The position numbers and the translations under genes were made by a program. From a virus (lineage: Duplodnaviria > Heunggongvirae > Uroviricota > Caudoviricetes): 64,000 bases of DNA. Below are positions 53,182 through 62,106 of the stretch, in pieces (within the stretch, counting starts at the first letter, position 1; the number at the start of each line of letters is the position of its first letter). The notes beneath the pieces are model-generated. The model was not told the origin of the DNA. It made no database searches and was given only the letters and a program-made list of their open reading frames with translations. The stretch is taken from IMG/VR virus record IMGVR_UViG_3300001687_000947; one strand, written 5' to 3'.

Positions 53182-53872
53182 TATTTGTGTAGTTAGTATG
53201 ATCTGTAATGAGATAGAGATACTTCCAATGTACTATAGGTATATTAAGAAATGGTGTAAATCATGGAAGGTTCTTGATCATGGAAGTACAGATGGTTCAG
53301 TAGAATTTCTTAAATATATGAGTGAACGTAATGAAATAAATATTGAAGTGTTCCAGAGAGAATGTGGTGATTTTGATAAGGACTTCTATAAGGAATGGAA
53401 TTGGATACTTGATAAAGTTGATTGTAAATGGACTTATGTTGGTCATATAGATGAATTTTGTCCATATATGGATACTATATTATCACAGATGTTCAAGTTT
53501 AATGCTATCTATATTATTAGAAGAGAAGAAATGATAAGTTTGTTTCCACCATTATCATTTGGTAAAGAAACGCCATTTATGAGGATATTTCCAACGGATT
53601 GGAAGATAAGATTTATAGAGGGTAATCATGTGCATAGAGAAGAGTTTAATCCTAGAGAATTTCCAGTTAGAGAAGCACAGATTCCATTCTATCATTTAGG
53701 GGAATGTAGAAATAGTGAACATGTTAGATTTAAGGAGAAAGCTTATGAGGATTGTTCAGGTGATACAATATTTGGTTCTAAGTATACTGAGAAAGATAGA
53801 CAGGAAAGACGTAAGGGAGCACATTTACTTAAAGATGAACATTTACCTGATTTAATGGATATGATATTATAA
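53174..53872 (+). CDS. GT2-like glycosyltransferase (small)
   Basis: VVSMICNEIEILP...DHGSTDGS fits a GT-A N-terminal pattern. Confidence 0.4.
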   Translation: MYDICVVSMICNEIEILPMYYRYIKKWCKSWKVLDHGSTDGSVEFLKYMSERNEINIEVFQRECGDFDKDFYKEWNWILDKVDCKWTYVGHIDEFCPYMDTILSQMFKFNAIYIIRREEMISLFPPLSFGKETPFMRIFPTDWKIRFIEGNHVHREEFNPREFPVREAQIPFYHLGECRNSEHVRFKEKAYEDCSGDTIFGSKYTEKDRQERRKGAHLLKDEHLPDLMDMIL

Positions 53873-54906
53873 TGAGTAAAATAAAAGTATGTATGGATGG
53901 TGTACCAGGTTGGCTTGGCAATTGTGTACAACGGAAACTTTATGATAATCCAAGATTTGCTACTGTAAGAGCAATGTACTTTGGGGATAAACATCCACTT
54001 ACAGAAGAAGGAAGTAAAATAGAATATGTGGCTGGGGATATTAGGAATTACAGTAAGTGTCTTGAATTAACTAAGGATATGAATATACTTGTTCACATTG
54101 TTGGCATTATACATCCAAAGAAAGTTAAGGATTTCTATAACATTAATGTTAAAGGCACAGATACTATTATTAGAGCAGCTATTGAGAATGGTGTTGAACG
54201 TATAATACATATTTCAAGTAATAGTGTTTACGGTATGTATCCTTATAGTATGAATGAGTTTACTCCTAGAGATTCCTATATGCATTACGGTAAGAGTAAG
54301 GCTATGGGTGAAGATATAGTGTTCCAGAAGTGTATGGTATCTGATACTGAAGCAGTTATACTTATTCCGTGCTGGTTTTACGGTGAAGGACAGCCTGATA
54401 GATCAACTAGACTGTTTAAGATGATAGCTAAAGGTAATCCTATGATATTTGGTAAAGGAAATAACGTGAGGGGAATGACTTATATTGGTAACTTAGCTGA
54501 TGCAATAATTAAAGCTATTGAGAAACCTAAATCAGAAGGTGTGAATAGCTACTGGATATGTGATGATGAGCAACATACCACTAATGAAATATATAAGGCT
54601 ATATGGATTGAATTATGGAAGCGGGGAATAAGAGATAAAGGTAAAGCGTATGATGATATGGATGTTTGGAAGTTTAAACCTAGATATTTACCTAGTGTAG
54701 CATGTAAGGTTGGAAGGTTTGGAGATAGGGTGCTTCAAGGTTTAGGATTATATAATCAAACTATTCATGTGCTTGGTGAAATGGACCAGAATATTGCTGC
54801 TGATAATACTTTAGCTAAGAGAGAGCTTGGTTGGAAGAATAATGTTAGCTTTGAGGAAGGTATAGCTAGAAGCATTCAATGGTGCAGAGAGAATGGTAAG
54901 TTATAA
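53872..54906 (+). CDS. NAD-dependent epimerase/dehydratase (extended SDR)
   Basis: A Gly-rich N-terminus (CMDGVPGWLGNCV) and catalytic YGKSK (YxxxK) are present. Confidence 0.55.
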   Translation: MSKIKVCMDGVPGWLGNCVQRKLYDNPRFATVRAMYFGDKHPLTEEGSKIEYVAGDIRNYSKCLELTKDMNILVHIVGIIHPKKVKDFYNINVKGTDTIIRAAIENGVERIIHISSNSVYGMYPYSMNEFTPRDSYMHYGKSKAMGEDIVFQKCMVSDTEAVILIPCWFYGEGQPDRSTRLFKMIAKGNPMIFGKGNNVRGMTYIGNLADAIIKAIEKPKSEGVNSYWICDDEQHTTNEIYKAIWIELWKRGIRDKGKAYDDMDVWKFKPRYLPSVACKVGRFGDRVLQGLGLYNQTIHVLGEMDQNIAADNTLAKRELGWKNNVSFEEGIARSIQWCRENGKL

Positions 54907-54932
54907 AGGAATTAGAATGAATATTAAGGTGA

Positions 54933-55640
54933 AGAAAAATAATAGTAATAACTAATGTTGGTAAATACAAGTTATTCTATAGGAAAGGTACTATTGATGA
55001 GTTTATATTTGGTGAAGTAACAGGTGGAAACTATAATGGCTACAAGAAGTATGTTTCTGATCCAAGAGTAATTATTGATATTGGAGCACATATAGGAACA
55101 TTTACTCTTAAAGTATTAAATGATCATCCTAAAGCAAAAGTATGGTCATGGGAAATTATACCAGCAAACTATGATATGTTACACTTTAACATATTAATTA
55201 ATGCTCTAGATGGTAAATGTAAAGCATTTGAATTTGGTGTAAGTAAAGATACTTATAATAGAATTGCTATGATGTCTACTGTTAATAATGGTGCTAATAT
55301 TTTAACTAGTCCAAATGATGGAATTATAGATAAAGGAGATATGATTAAAGTAGCTACATTAGACTTTGAGAGCGTAGTTAATATTACAGGTAAGAAAGAA
55401 GTGGATTTAGTTAAGTGTGATATTGAAGGTGCAGAGTTTGAAGTGTTTATTAATTGTAAACGTAGTTTATTAAGGAAGGTTAAATGTTATATTATGGAAA
55501 TTCATGTTAACAAAGATGATATTAAAGGAATGTATAATTTAAGGTTATTAGCTGAAACATTTGAGAAAGGTGGATTCAAGATTATGCAGAGTGGTCCTAT
55601 TATGTTATTTATAAGGGATGATATATATGGTAAGAAATAA
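54933..55640 (+). CDS. FkbM-family methyltransferase; N-terminal part has no in-frame start, apparently frameshifted from ATG at 54917 in an A5 run
   Basis: The open frame from 54933 encodes ...VIIDIGAHIGTFTLKVL... (FkbM SAM-binding motif) but has no ATG/GTG/TTG before 55176. The ATG at 54917 (MNIKVKK) is in the -1 frame relative to it. Deleting one A of aaaaa (54935-54939) joins them. Confidence 0.5.
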   Translation, partial: RKIIVITNVGKYKLFYRKGTIDEFIFGEVTGGNYNGYKKYVSDPRVIIDIGAHIGTFTLKVLNDHPKAKVWSWEIIPANYDMLHFNILINALDGKCKAFEFGVSKDTYNRIAMMSTVNNGANILTSPNDGIIDKGDMIKVATLDFESVVNITGKKEVDLVKCDIEGAEFEVFINCKRSLLRKVKCYIMEIHVNKDDIKGMYNLRLLAETFEKGGFKIMQSGPIMLFIRDDIYGKK

Positions 55641-56442
55641 AGATGTAGAAATATTATATGGTAAAAATGTACTTAAGCAATTTAGAAATTATTTGTTTAA
55701 TGAAAATCCAATATCATTGTTTGATGGTAGAAAAGTTGGGTTTCTAGTTAAACCTAATATGTTACGTAATGAATCATCTAGTACAGGTATAACAACTGAT
55801 GTTAAAGTAGTAGAGATTATTGTTGATTACTTGTACAGTATGGGATTTAGAGATATAATTGTTGGTGATGGTGGAGAAGCAAGTTATGATACTATGGAAA
55901 CTTTACGGAATAATAATTATTTTAGTATAGTTGATATTTATCCTGAAGTTAAGATTGTTGACTTAAATAAGGGACCAATGATTCCAAAGGTTATAGGTAA
56001 TGTTCAAATGTTTATTAATAAATATGCTTTAGATCATTATGTTATTAGTGTAGCCAAGCTTAAACCTCATGGTATGATGCAAGCAACTATGACACTTAAG
56101 AATCTTATGGGATGTGTGTTACCTAAAGGACATATGCATGATAATTTTACTATGAAGATACGGGATGTTTATAATTATATTAAACCTATTTACGGTGTAG
56201 TTGATGGTATTATAGCTAATGGTAGATGTGAGAACATTGCTTGTCCAGTTAAGATGAATACTATTCTTTGCGGTAGAGATTTACCAACTGTTGATAAGAT
56301 TGGTTCTATGATTATAGGTAGAACGGCTAGTCATATAGATAATTTGTATAAACGTAAGAATGAAGCATTAGATAATAATTTATGTGACAAGAAGATTTTA
56401 TCTAATCTAATTAATTTATATAGGAAAGGTGGATTAAAATAG
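55618..56442 (+). CDS. DUF362-like protein
   Basis: VGFLVKPNMLRNESSSTGITTDVKVVEIIVDYLYSMGFRDIIVGDGGE resembles the conserved DUF362 N-terminal block. Confidence 0.35.
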   Translation: MIYMVRNKDVEILYGKNVLKQFRNYLFNENPISLFDGRKVGFLVKPNMLRNESSSTGITTDVKVVEIIVDYLYSMGFRDIIVGDGGEASYDTMETLRNNNYFSIVDIYPEVKIVDLNKGPMIPKVIGNVQMFINKYALDHYVISVAKLKPHGMMQATMTLKNLMGCVLPKGHMHDNFTMKIRDVYNYIKPIYGVVDGIIANGRCENIACPVKMNTILCGRDLPTVDKIGSMIIGRTASHIDNLYKRKNEALDNNLCDKKILSNLINLYRKGGLK

Positions 56443-56691
56443 GTAAGTTACCAAGAAATTATATACGTAAGAATAATAGAAGTGGAAATATACCAAATTG
56501 GGCTATTGGAACTGATGATTGGCAATTAATTTTTAGTGATGGGGTATTAAGTATATTTGTTGTGCGTAGAAGAAGTGGATTAACTGATGTGCTAGCTGTT
56601 GCTAAAGGCAATAATAATTTATATCTTGATGGGTTTGATCATGTGTATAGTCAATATGGTGAATTATAAATGAATAAATTATTGTTACACT

Positions 56692-56982
56692 TTGGAGTTG
56701 ATAACATTAGGTAGATGTATAGTAATAAGAGCATATAAGGAGCATCCTAATATAATATGTAAGGGATGGCAAAAATTATGTGAGGAACGTAAGATTTCAT
56801 ATACATATGGTGGATGTGATTGTTCTATGATGGAAAGAAGATATCAGATTCTACAAGATGGAGAATGGATAAATGTATATAATTGTCCATATTGTGATAA
56901 GCCAATTAATAAGATAATTTGGAAAGCTGTTAAACCAGTTAAAGTTACTATTATTGAACCAGAGGAGCCAGAATATGAGTGA
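56692..56982 (+). CDS. Small Cys-rich zinc-binding protein
   Basis: CKGW...CDCSMMER...CPYCDKP. TTG start. Confidence 0.3.
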   Translation: MELITLGRCIVIRAYKEHPNIICKGWQKLCEERKISYTYGGCDCSMMERRYQILQDGEWINVYNCPYCDKPINKIIWKAVKPVKVTIIEPEEPEYE

Positions 56983-57155
56983 GTTAAGCTTTTCTTGGAT
57001 TGATGATTGGATATTAGGTGGAGTTAAATTCATATGTAAATGTGGTCATCAAATAGAGAAAGATGGTTATGATTGTGGATTGCAAGATAAAACTATTAAT
57101 TGTAGAAAATGTAATAGGAAATACGTAATAGATGTAAAGGTTGAGGTAAGAGAAG

Positions 57156-58157
57156 TTGAGTAGTGGTATTGTTGTTACTGGTTCAAGTGGATTCTTAGGT
57201 TCAGCAATAGTTAAGGAGTTGCTTAAGAGAAAACATGAAGTAGTTGGAATAGATATTGTTCCAGCAAGCAAGTGGATGTTTGCTAGTAAACTGTTTAAGT
57301 TTCATAGAATGAGTGTAGTTAGTCATAAAATATATGATATTGTTGAAGGTAAAACTGTTATTCATTGTGGTGCCAAAGTGCCTATAACAAGATCAAGTTT
57401 TGCTGAATATGTTACTACTAATGCAACTGGTTCATATAATATAGCTTTAGGTATGCCTAAGAAATATATATTCATTAGTTCATCAGCAGTATATGGTGTT
57501 CCTAATAGAGTAATAAAAGAACATACAAAGTATAAACCTATAGAGAATTATGGTAAAAGTAAGCTTATGGCTGAAGGTTTACTTAGTATGCATCATATTA
57601 TGACAGATATGCCTCTTACTATTATTAGACCAAGAACAATAATAGGTAATGGTAGAATGGGAATGATGGATTTCCTGTTCCCTAGAATAATGAAGAATAA
57701 ACCTGTATATTTACTTGGAGACGGAAAGAATAAATTCCAGTTCTTAGCTCTAGATGATCTTGTTAGTGCTATTATGAAGTGTATTGATTTAGATTATGGA
57801 TTCCACATTTATAATTTAGGTACAGATGATTATACTACTTTAAAGGAAGATATTGAAGATACTATTGTTAGGGTTGGATCTAAAAGCAAAGTAATCTGTT
57901 TGCCTAAATGTTCAAGTTGGATACTTAGAGTAATAGATAATCTTGGTTTATCACCTATGACAAGATGGCATTATGATACTATATCAAGTAATTTTGTATT
58001 TGATATTTCTATAGCTGAGAAAGAGCTTGGTTGGCATCCATTATATTCTAATAAGCTAATGTTGTTTAGTGCTTATAATTGGTATAGCAAACATAAAGGT
58101 GAAGGTAATACTCCTCACACTAAGAGTATAAATAAGAAACTATTGGAGTGGATATAA
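57156..58157 (+). CDS. NAD-dependent epimerase/dehydratase
   Basis: IVVTGSSGFLGSAIV (GxxGxxG) and YGKSKLMAE (YxxxK) are present. Confidence 0.65.
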   Translation: MSSGIVVTGSSGFLGSAIVKELLKRKHEVVGIDIVPASKWMFASKLFKFHRMSVVSHKIYDIVEGKTVIHCGAKVPITRSSFAEYVTTNATGSYNIALGMPKKYIFISSSAVYGVPNRVIKEHTKYKPIENYGKSKLMAEGLLSMHHIMTDMPLTIIRPRTIIGNGRMGMMDFLFPRIMKNKPVYLLGDGKNKFQFLALDDLVSAIMKCIDLDYGFHIYNLGTDDYTTLKEDIEDTIVRVGSKSKVICLPKCSSWILRVIDNLGLSPMTRWHYDTISSNFVFDISIAEKELGWHPLYSNKLMLFSAYNWYSKHKGEGNTPHTKSINKKLLEWI

Positions 58158-58158
58158 T

Positions 58159-58815
58159 ATGGAAACTAATTATGAAGCTATAATACTTGCTGGTGGAGAA
58201 TCATGGAGACTTAAACCTGACATATGGACAACTAAACCTATGCTTAAGATAGGTGATTGGACACTACTTGAATATCAGTTACGTTGGCTAATGCAGTATG
58301 GTATTAAACATATTATAATAGCAAGTGACCAGAAGTATAATATTAGATTGTCATTTGATGAGTATGTAACTTGGGCTATAGAGTCATATCATAAAGGTAC
58401 AGGTGGAGCAGTTATGGTTGCTGTTGATTATCTTAATAATCCAAAGCTTCCATTCTACGTTATGAATGTTGATGATATATGTTTAGGTTATAATCCAGTT
58501 ACTTTAATTGTTCCTGAGACAGAAGCTAGAATAGCTGTAGCTAAACCTAGACTTGGGTTTGGAATGGTGAAACTTAGACAGGATTTAGTGTTAGGATTCA
58601 AAGAGAAGCCTTATGCTGACTTCTATGTGTCATGTGGACACTATGCTTTCAAGAAACATATTGTTGATAGATACTTTCCAGATGATGGAAGCCTAGAGGA
58701 TATTGTATTACCTGAGTTAGCTAGAAGAAGAATATTGCATAACCAGAGACTTCATAAGTGGTACACTATTAACACAACTAAAGATTATATGATCATTAAA
58801 GAAATGTTAGAGTGA
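58159..58815 (+). CDS. Sugar-phosphate nucleotidyltransferase
   Basis: AIILAGGESWRLKP matches the LAGGxGxRL signature of NDP-sugar pyrophosphorylases. Confidence 0.55.
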   Translation: METNYEAIILAGGESWRLKPDIWTTKPMLKIGDWTLLEYQLRWLMQYGIKHIIIASDQKYNIRLSFDEYVTWAIESYHKGTGGAVMVAVDYLNNPKLPFYVMNVDDICLGYNPVTLIVPETEARIAVAKPRLGFGMVKLRQDLVLGFKEKPYADFYVSCGHYAFKKHIVDRYFPDDGSLEDIVLPELARRRILHNQRLHKWYTINTTKDYMIIKEMLE

Positions 58816-58864
58816 GAGAGCCAAATTTATTAGTTTCTGTGCTGTATAGTAAGCTGGGGTTGTT

Positions 58865-59377
58865 ATGGGATTGTCATTACATATAGAGGAGTATCTATCT
58901 AATAAGCATTGGAGAAAACGTAGAGAATGTATAAAGGGATATTTAGCGGGATTTATTGATGGAGAAGGATGTATTTCTTCCACTAAACATAAGTTTATAG
59001 GGAATAATAACAAGAGATATTGTTATTATAAGCCATGTATAAGGATAGCAAATACACATAAGGATACAATGATTATAATTGGGAAAATACTTGATAAACT
59101 AGGTGTTTCATGGACATGGTATGAGCAAAATAGGAACAGATGGAATTCAATTTATTATATATCAATAAGGAAAAAGAATAGTATTATACTGTTGTTATCT
59201 GAGATTCTACCGTATCTGATAACTAAGAATGAACAAGCAAGAATAATGTTAGAGCTACTTAAAATTGGAAGTCACATAAATAATAATACTGATAAATTGG
59301 CAAAGGAGCTATCTTATCTTAACACTAAAGGTAAATTCTGGAGGAAGAGTGAAAAATGGATGACTGTAATTACATAA
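58865..59377 (+). CDS. LAGLIDADG homing endonuclease (single-motif, homodimer type)
   Basis: YLAGFIDGEGCI. The size is about 170 aa. It overlaps the nrdD start by 22 nt. Confidence 0.7.
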   Translation: MGLSLHIEEYLSNKHWRKRRECIKGYLAGFIDGEGCISSTKHKFIGNNNKRYCYYKPCIRIANTHKDTMIIIGKILDKLGVSWTWYEQNRNRWNSIYYISIRKKNSIILLLSEILPYLITKNEQARIMLELLKIGSHINNNTDKLAKELSYLNTKGKFWRKSEKWMTVIT

Positions 59378-61101
59378 ATGAATATCTTGGTAAATCTCAT
59401 TGGCGGGTAAGGGAGAACGCTAATCACAATGAAAGTTTTAATAGTTTAGGAAATTATGTTTCAAGTAAAATATTTGCTAATGATTTTTTAATGAGTTTAA
59501 GTGAAGAGCAAAGGAATGCACATGAGAATGGTCTTTTACATATTCATAACTTAGAGACAGGTGGTTATGTTCCATATTGTTGTGGTCATAATCTTAAGAT
59601 GTTACTGTTAAATGGTATGAGGACACCTTCTGTATCATCTAAACCAGCTAGGCATTTTAATAGTTTAATGGATCATATTATGAATTGGTTGTATTGTAGC
59701 CAGATGGAATTTGCTGGTGCACAAAGCTTTAGTGATTTTGATACTTTGATTGCACCATTTATTAAAGTGGAAAAACTTGATTATAATGAAGTTAAACAGC
59801 AACTTCAGAAGCTTATTTTTAACTTAAATTTTACTATGAGATCAAGTAGCCAAACACCTTTTACTAATTTAACTTTGAATATTGGAACACCTAAGTTCTT
59901 GAAGGATGAATACGCCATTATTGGTGGAGAAGAATCTAGTCTTACTTATGGTGATTGTTTAGATGAGATAGAAATGGTTGATAAGGCTCTGGTTGAAATA
60001 ATGAATGAACGTGATATTGAAGGTAGACCATTTAGTTTTCCTGTTCTTACTATTAACTTGAATGGTAGATTCCAATGGGATAGTGAATTAGCTCAGATCA
60101 TTGCTGATAACTGTAAGACTCTTGGTTCATTCTATTTTATGAATTATGCTGGTTCAGGTATATCTGAAGATACTTTACGTAGTATGTGTTGTAGATTAAA
60201 TCTTAGGATTGACCAGTTAGCTGGTCCTAAAGGTATGTGGAATATGGGTGATGGTACTGGTTCAATGGCTGTTGTTACTATTAATTTACCTAGATTAGCA
60301 CGTGATATGAAAGGTAAAGATGAAGCTAGATTATTTGAAGAGCTTAATAGGCGTATGGAATTAGCTTTAAGTATTGTTAAGTTCAGGAAGGATAGAATAC
60401 TTAAGTATATGAAGTTAATGATGCCTTTTAATATGGCTAATGGTTGGAGTATGAAGAATTATTTTATGACTATTGGTTTACTTGGATTTAATGAGTTCAC
60501 TATGAATTATCTTGGTAAAGATATTCTTGAAACTGATAGTGTAATGTTTATGGAGAAAACCCTTAATCATATTAAGGATTGGAGTATTAATAGGCAACAT
60601 GAAATGAAAGAACTTATTAATATTGAGATGGTTCCAGGTGAAGGTTCATGTTATAGACTTGCTAAGAAAGATAAGCAAGTTTATGATGATATTTATACTT
60701 TAGGAACAAAGGATGCTCCTTACTATTCTACTCTTATGGTTCCACCTAAGTTTAATACTGATTTAATGGATAGGCTTATGCTTGAAGAAAAGCTTCTTCC
60801 ATTGTTTAGCGGTGGAACAATATTTAGAACTTTACTTGGTGAGAAGGAACCAAGTAATAATGCTATTCTTGATTACATAAGAATGATTGGTTCATCTAAG
60901 ATTCCATATTTTGATATTACAACCACTTATAGTATATGTAAGAATGATGGTAGTTACTTTAGGGGAACAGTAAAGTCTTGTCCAACATGTAACAGTAAGC
61001 TTAGTACTTACAGTAGAGTTGTTGGTTATTACCGTGAAACCCGTAAATGGAATGTGGGTAAGAAAGAAGAATTCAGAGATAGAAAATACATTAATATTTA
61101 G
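59356..61101 (+). CDS. nrdD: Anaerobic ribonucleoside-triphosphate reductase (class III)
   Basis: N-terminal HIHNLETGGYVPYCCGHNL...MEFAGAQSFSDFDTLIAPF. The C-terminal CPTCNSK zinc ribbon is followed by the glycyl-radical motif RVVGYYRE. Confidence 0.8.
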   Translation: MDDCNYINEYLGKSHWRVRENANHNESFNSLGNYVSSKIFANDFLMSLSEEQRNAHENGLLHIHNLETGGYVPYCCGHNLKMLLLNGMRTPSVSSKPARHFNSLMDHIMNWLYCSQMEFAGAQSFSDFDTLIAPFIKVEKLDYNEVKQQLQKLIFNLNFTMRSSSQTPFTNLTLNIGTPKFLKDEYAIIGGEESSLTYGDCLDEIEMVDKALVEIMNERDIEGRPFSFPVLTINLNGRFQWDSELAQIIADNCKTLGSFYFMNYAGSGISEDTLRSMCCRLNLRIDQLAGPKGMWNMGDGTGSMAVVTINLPRLARDMKGKDEARLFEELNRRMELALSIVKFRKDRILKYMKLMMPFNMANGWSMKNYFMTIGLLGFNEFTMNYLGKDILETDSVMFMEKTLNHIKDWSINRQHEMKELINIEMVPGEGSCYRLAKKDKQVYDDIYTLGTKDAPYYSTLMVPPKFNTDLMDRLMLEEKLLPLFSGGTIFRTLLGEKEPSNNAILDYIRMIGSSKIPYFDITTTYSICKNDGSYFRGTVKSCPTCNSKLSTYSRVVGYYRETRKWNVGKKEEFRDRKYINI

Positions 61102-61106
61102 TATCA

Positions 61107-61116
61107 TTTATATATA
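61107..61116 (+). promoter_or_regulatory. TTTATATATA box about 35 bp upstream of start, followed by AGGTGGTC spacer (61138-61145)
   Basis: Similar TATA-like boxes appear upstream of 62107 (TATAAATA 62075-62082), 63534 and 3467. This is consistent with archaeal box A but could equally be bacterial -10 elements. Confidence 0.3.
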
Positions 61117-61150
61117 ACCATTTACTTTATTATGTTTAGGTGGTCTAAAT

Positions 61151-61783
61151 ATGGCAACTTTAAGTTCAAGTGATATTTATTTTATGTATACGGGTGAAGC
61201 TTCAGGTCCATCAGATGCTACGTTGTCTATAGGTGGAACAATGAATGTGAATACTATTACTAGTGCACAAGCAAATAACATATTTGATGATGTTACTGGT
61301 GATGAATCAACTAGTGGTGAAATGGAATATAGGTGTATAGCTATTAAAGATTCTCATGCTACTGCTCAAATGCTTAATGCTAAAGTATGGATAACTGGTT
61401 TTGTTGCTGCGGGTGGAACTGCGGACACTATAAATTTTGCTATTCAAGAAACTAGTGGTGGAAGTTTAAGTAATGAAATTGCAGATGTGTATACTGCTCC
61501 AACTCAAGAGTTTACGGTTCCCGCTGCTGGTGGTGGAACTGTAGCTTGGACAGAGGAAGGATCTCCAAGTAATACTTTAACATATGGTACTGTAGATGCT
61601 AACGGTGGATGGTTTGGATTATGGCTTAGTAGAACTGTTCCCCCAAGTTCTGATGCATTTAGTAACAGATCAGTAACTATACAAGTTCAATGTGAAACAA
61701 CTGGTAGTCCATTATATACTGTATCAAAGAAATTCCTTGTTAATTGGGGTAGAGATGCGTTTTCAGTTGTGGCTCTTAACTAA
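61151..61783 (+). CDS. Gly/Thr/Ser/Ala-rich protein, putative virion structural component
   Basis: Its composition differs sharply from the surrounding Lys/Ile-rich proteins (AAGGTADTINFAIQETSGGS...VPAAGGGTVAWTEEG). A TATA box and ribosome-binding site precede it. Confidence 0.3.
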   Translation: MATLSSSDIYFMYTGEASGPSDATLSIGGTMNVNTITSAQANNIFDDVTGDESTSGEMEYRCIAIKDSHATAQMLNAKVWITGFVAAGGTADTINFAIQETSGGSLSNEIADVYTAPTQEFTVPAAGGGTVAWTEEGSPSNTLTYGTVDANGGWFGLWLSRTVPPSSDAFSNRSVTIQVQCETTGSPLYTVSKKFLVNWGRDAFSVVALN

Positions 61784-62045
61784 AATAGCTAAATTACTTG
61801 ATAGATTCAATAACAGATTAACGTATGGTATACTAAAGCCTTGCTATAGGTGTACATACGCTAAGTCTTTTTCTGGTATGCTTTGCATTTCTGATAAACG
61901 TGGTCCTAGAGCCATAGTTAATTTTAATGGTAGTACTTACGCTAGAAGTAATAGGAGTAAATGTTTAGGGTGGCAAGAGTGTGGTAAATGTTTTGAAGCT
62001 GTTATAGATGACTCTAAGTTTCCGTGTAAATGGAATGAACTATAA
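61755..62045 (+). CDS. Small zinc-ribbon protein (CYRC...CGKC)
   Basis: The ATG at 61755 overlaps the previous gene by 29 nt. The GTG-started ORF at 61692 in the track overlaps more deeply and is less likely. Confidence 0.3.
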   Translation: MRFQLWLLTKIAKLLDRFNNRLTYGILKPCYRCTYAKSFSGMLCISDKRGPRAIVNFNGSTYARSNRSKCLGWQECGKCFEAVIDDSKFPCKWNEL

Positions 62046-62106
62046 TGTTCTTATGTTAAAATTAATATATCTGTATAAATATTATTTTATTGAATGGTGA
62101 TATTAA

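Noticed and set aside
61692-61754. GTG start at 61692 for the zinc-ribbon ORF as given in the track
   Set aside because: It would overlap the preceding structural-like gene by 92 nt. An in-frame ATG at 61755, overlapping by only 29 nt, is the more plausible start.
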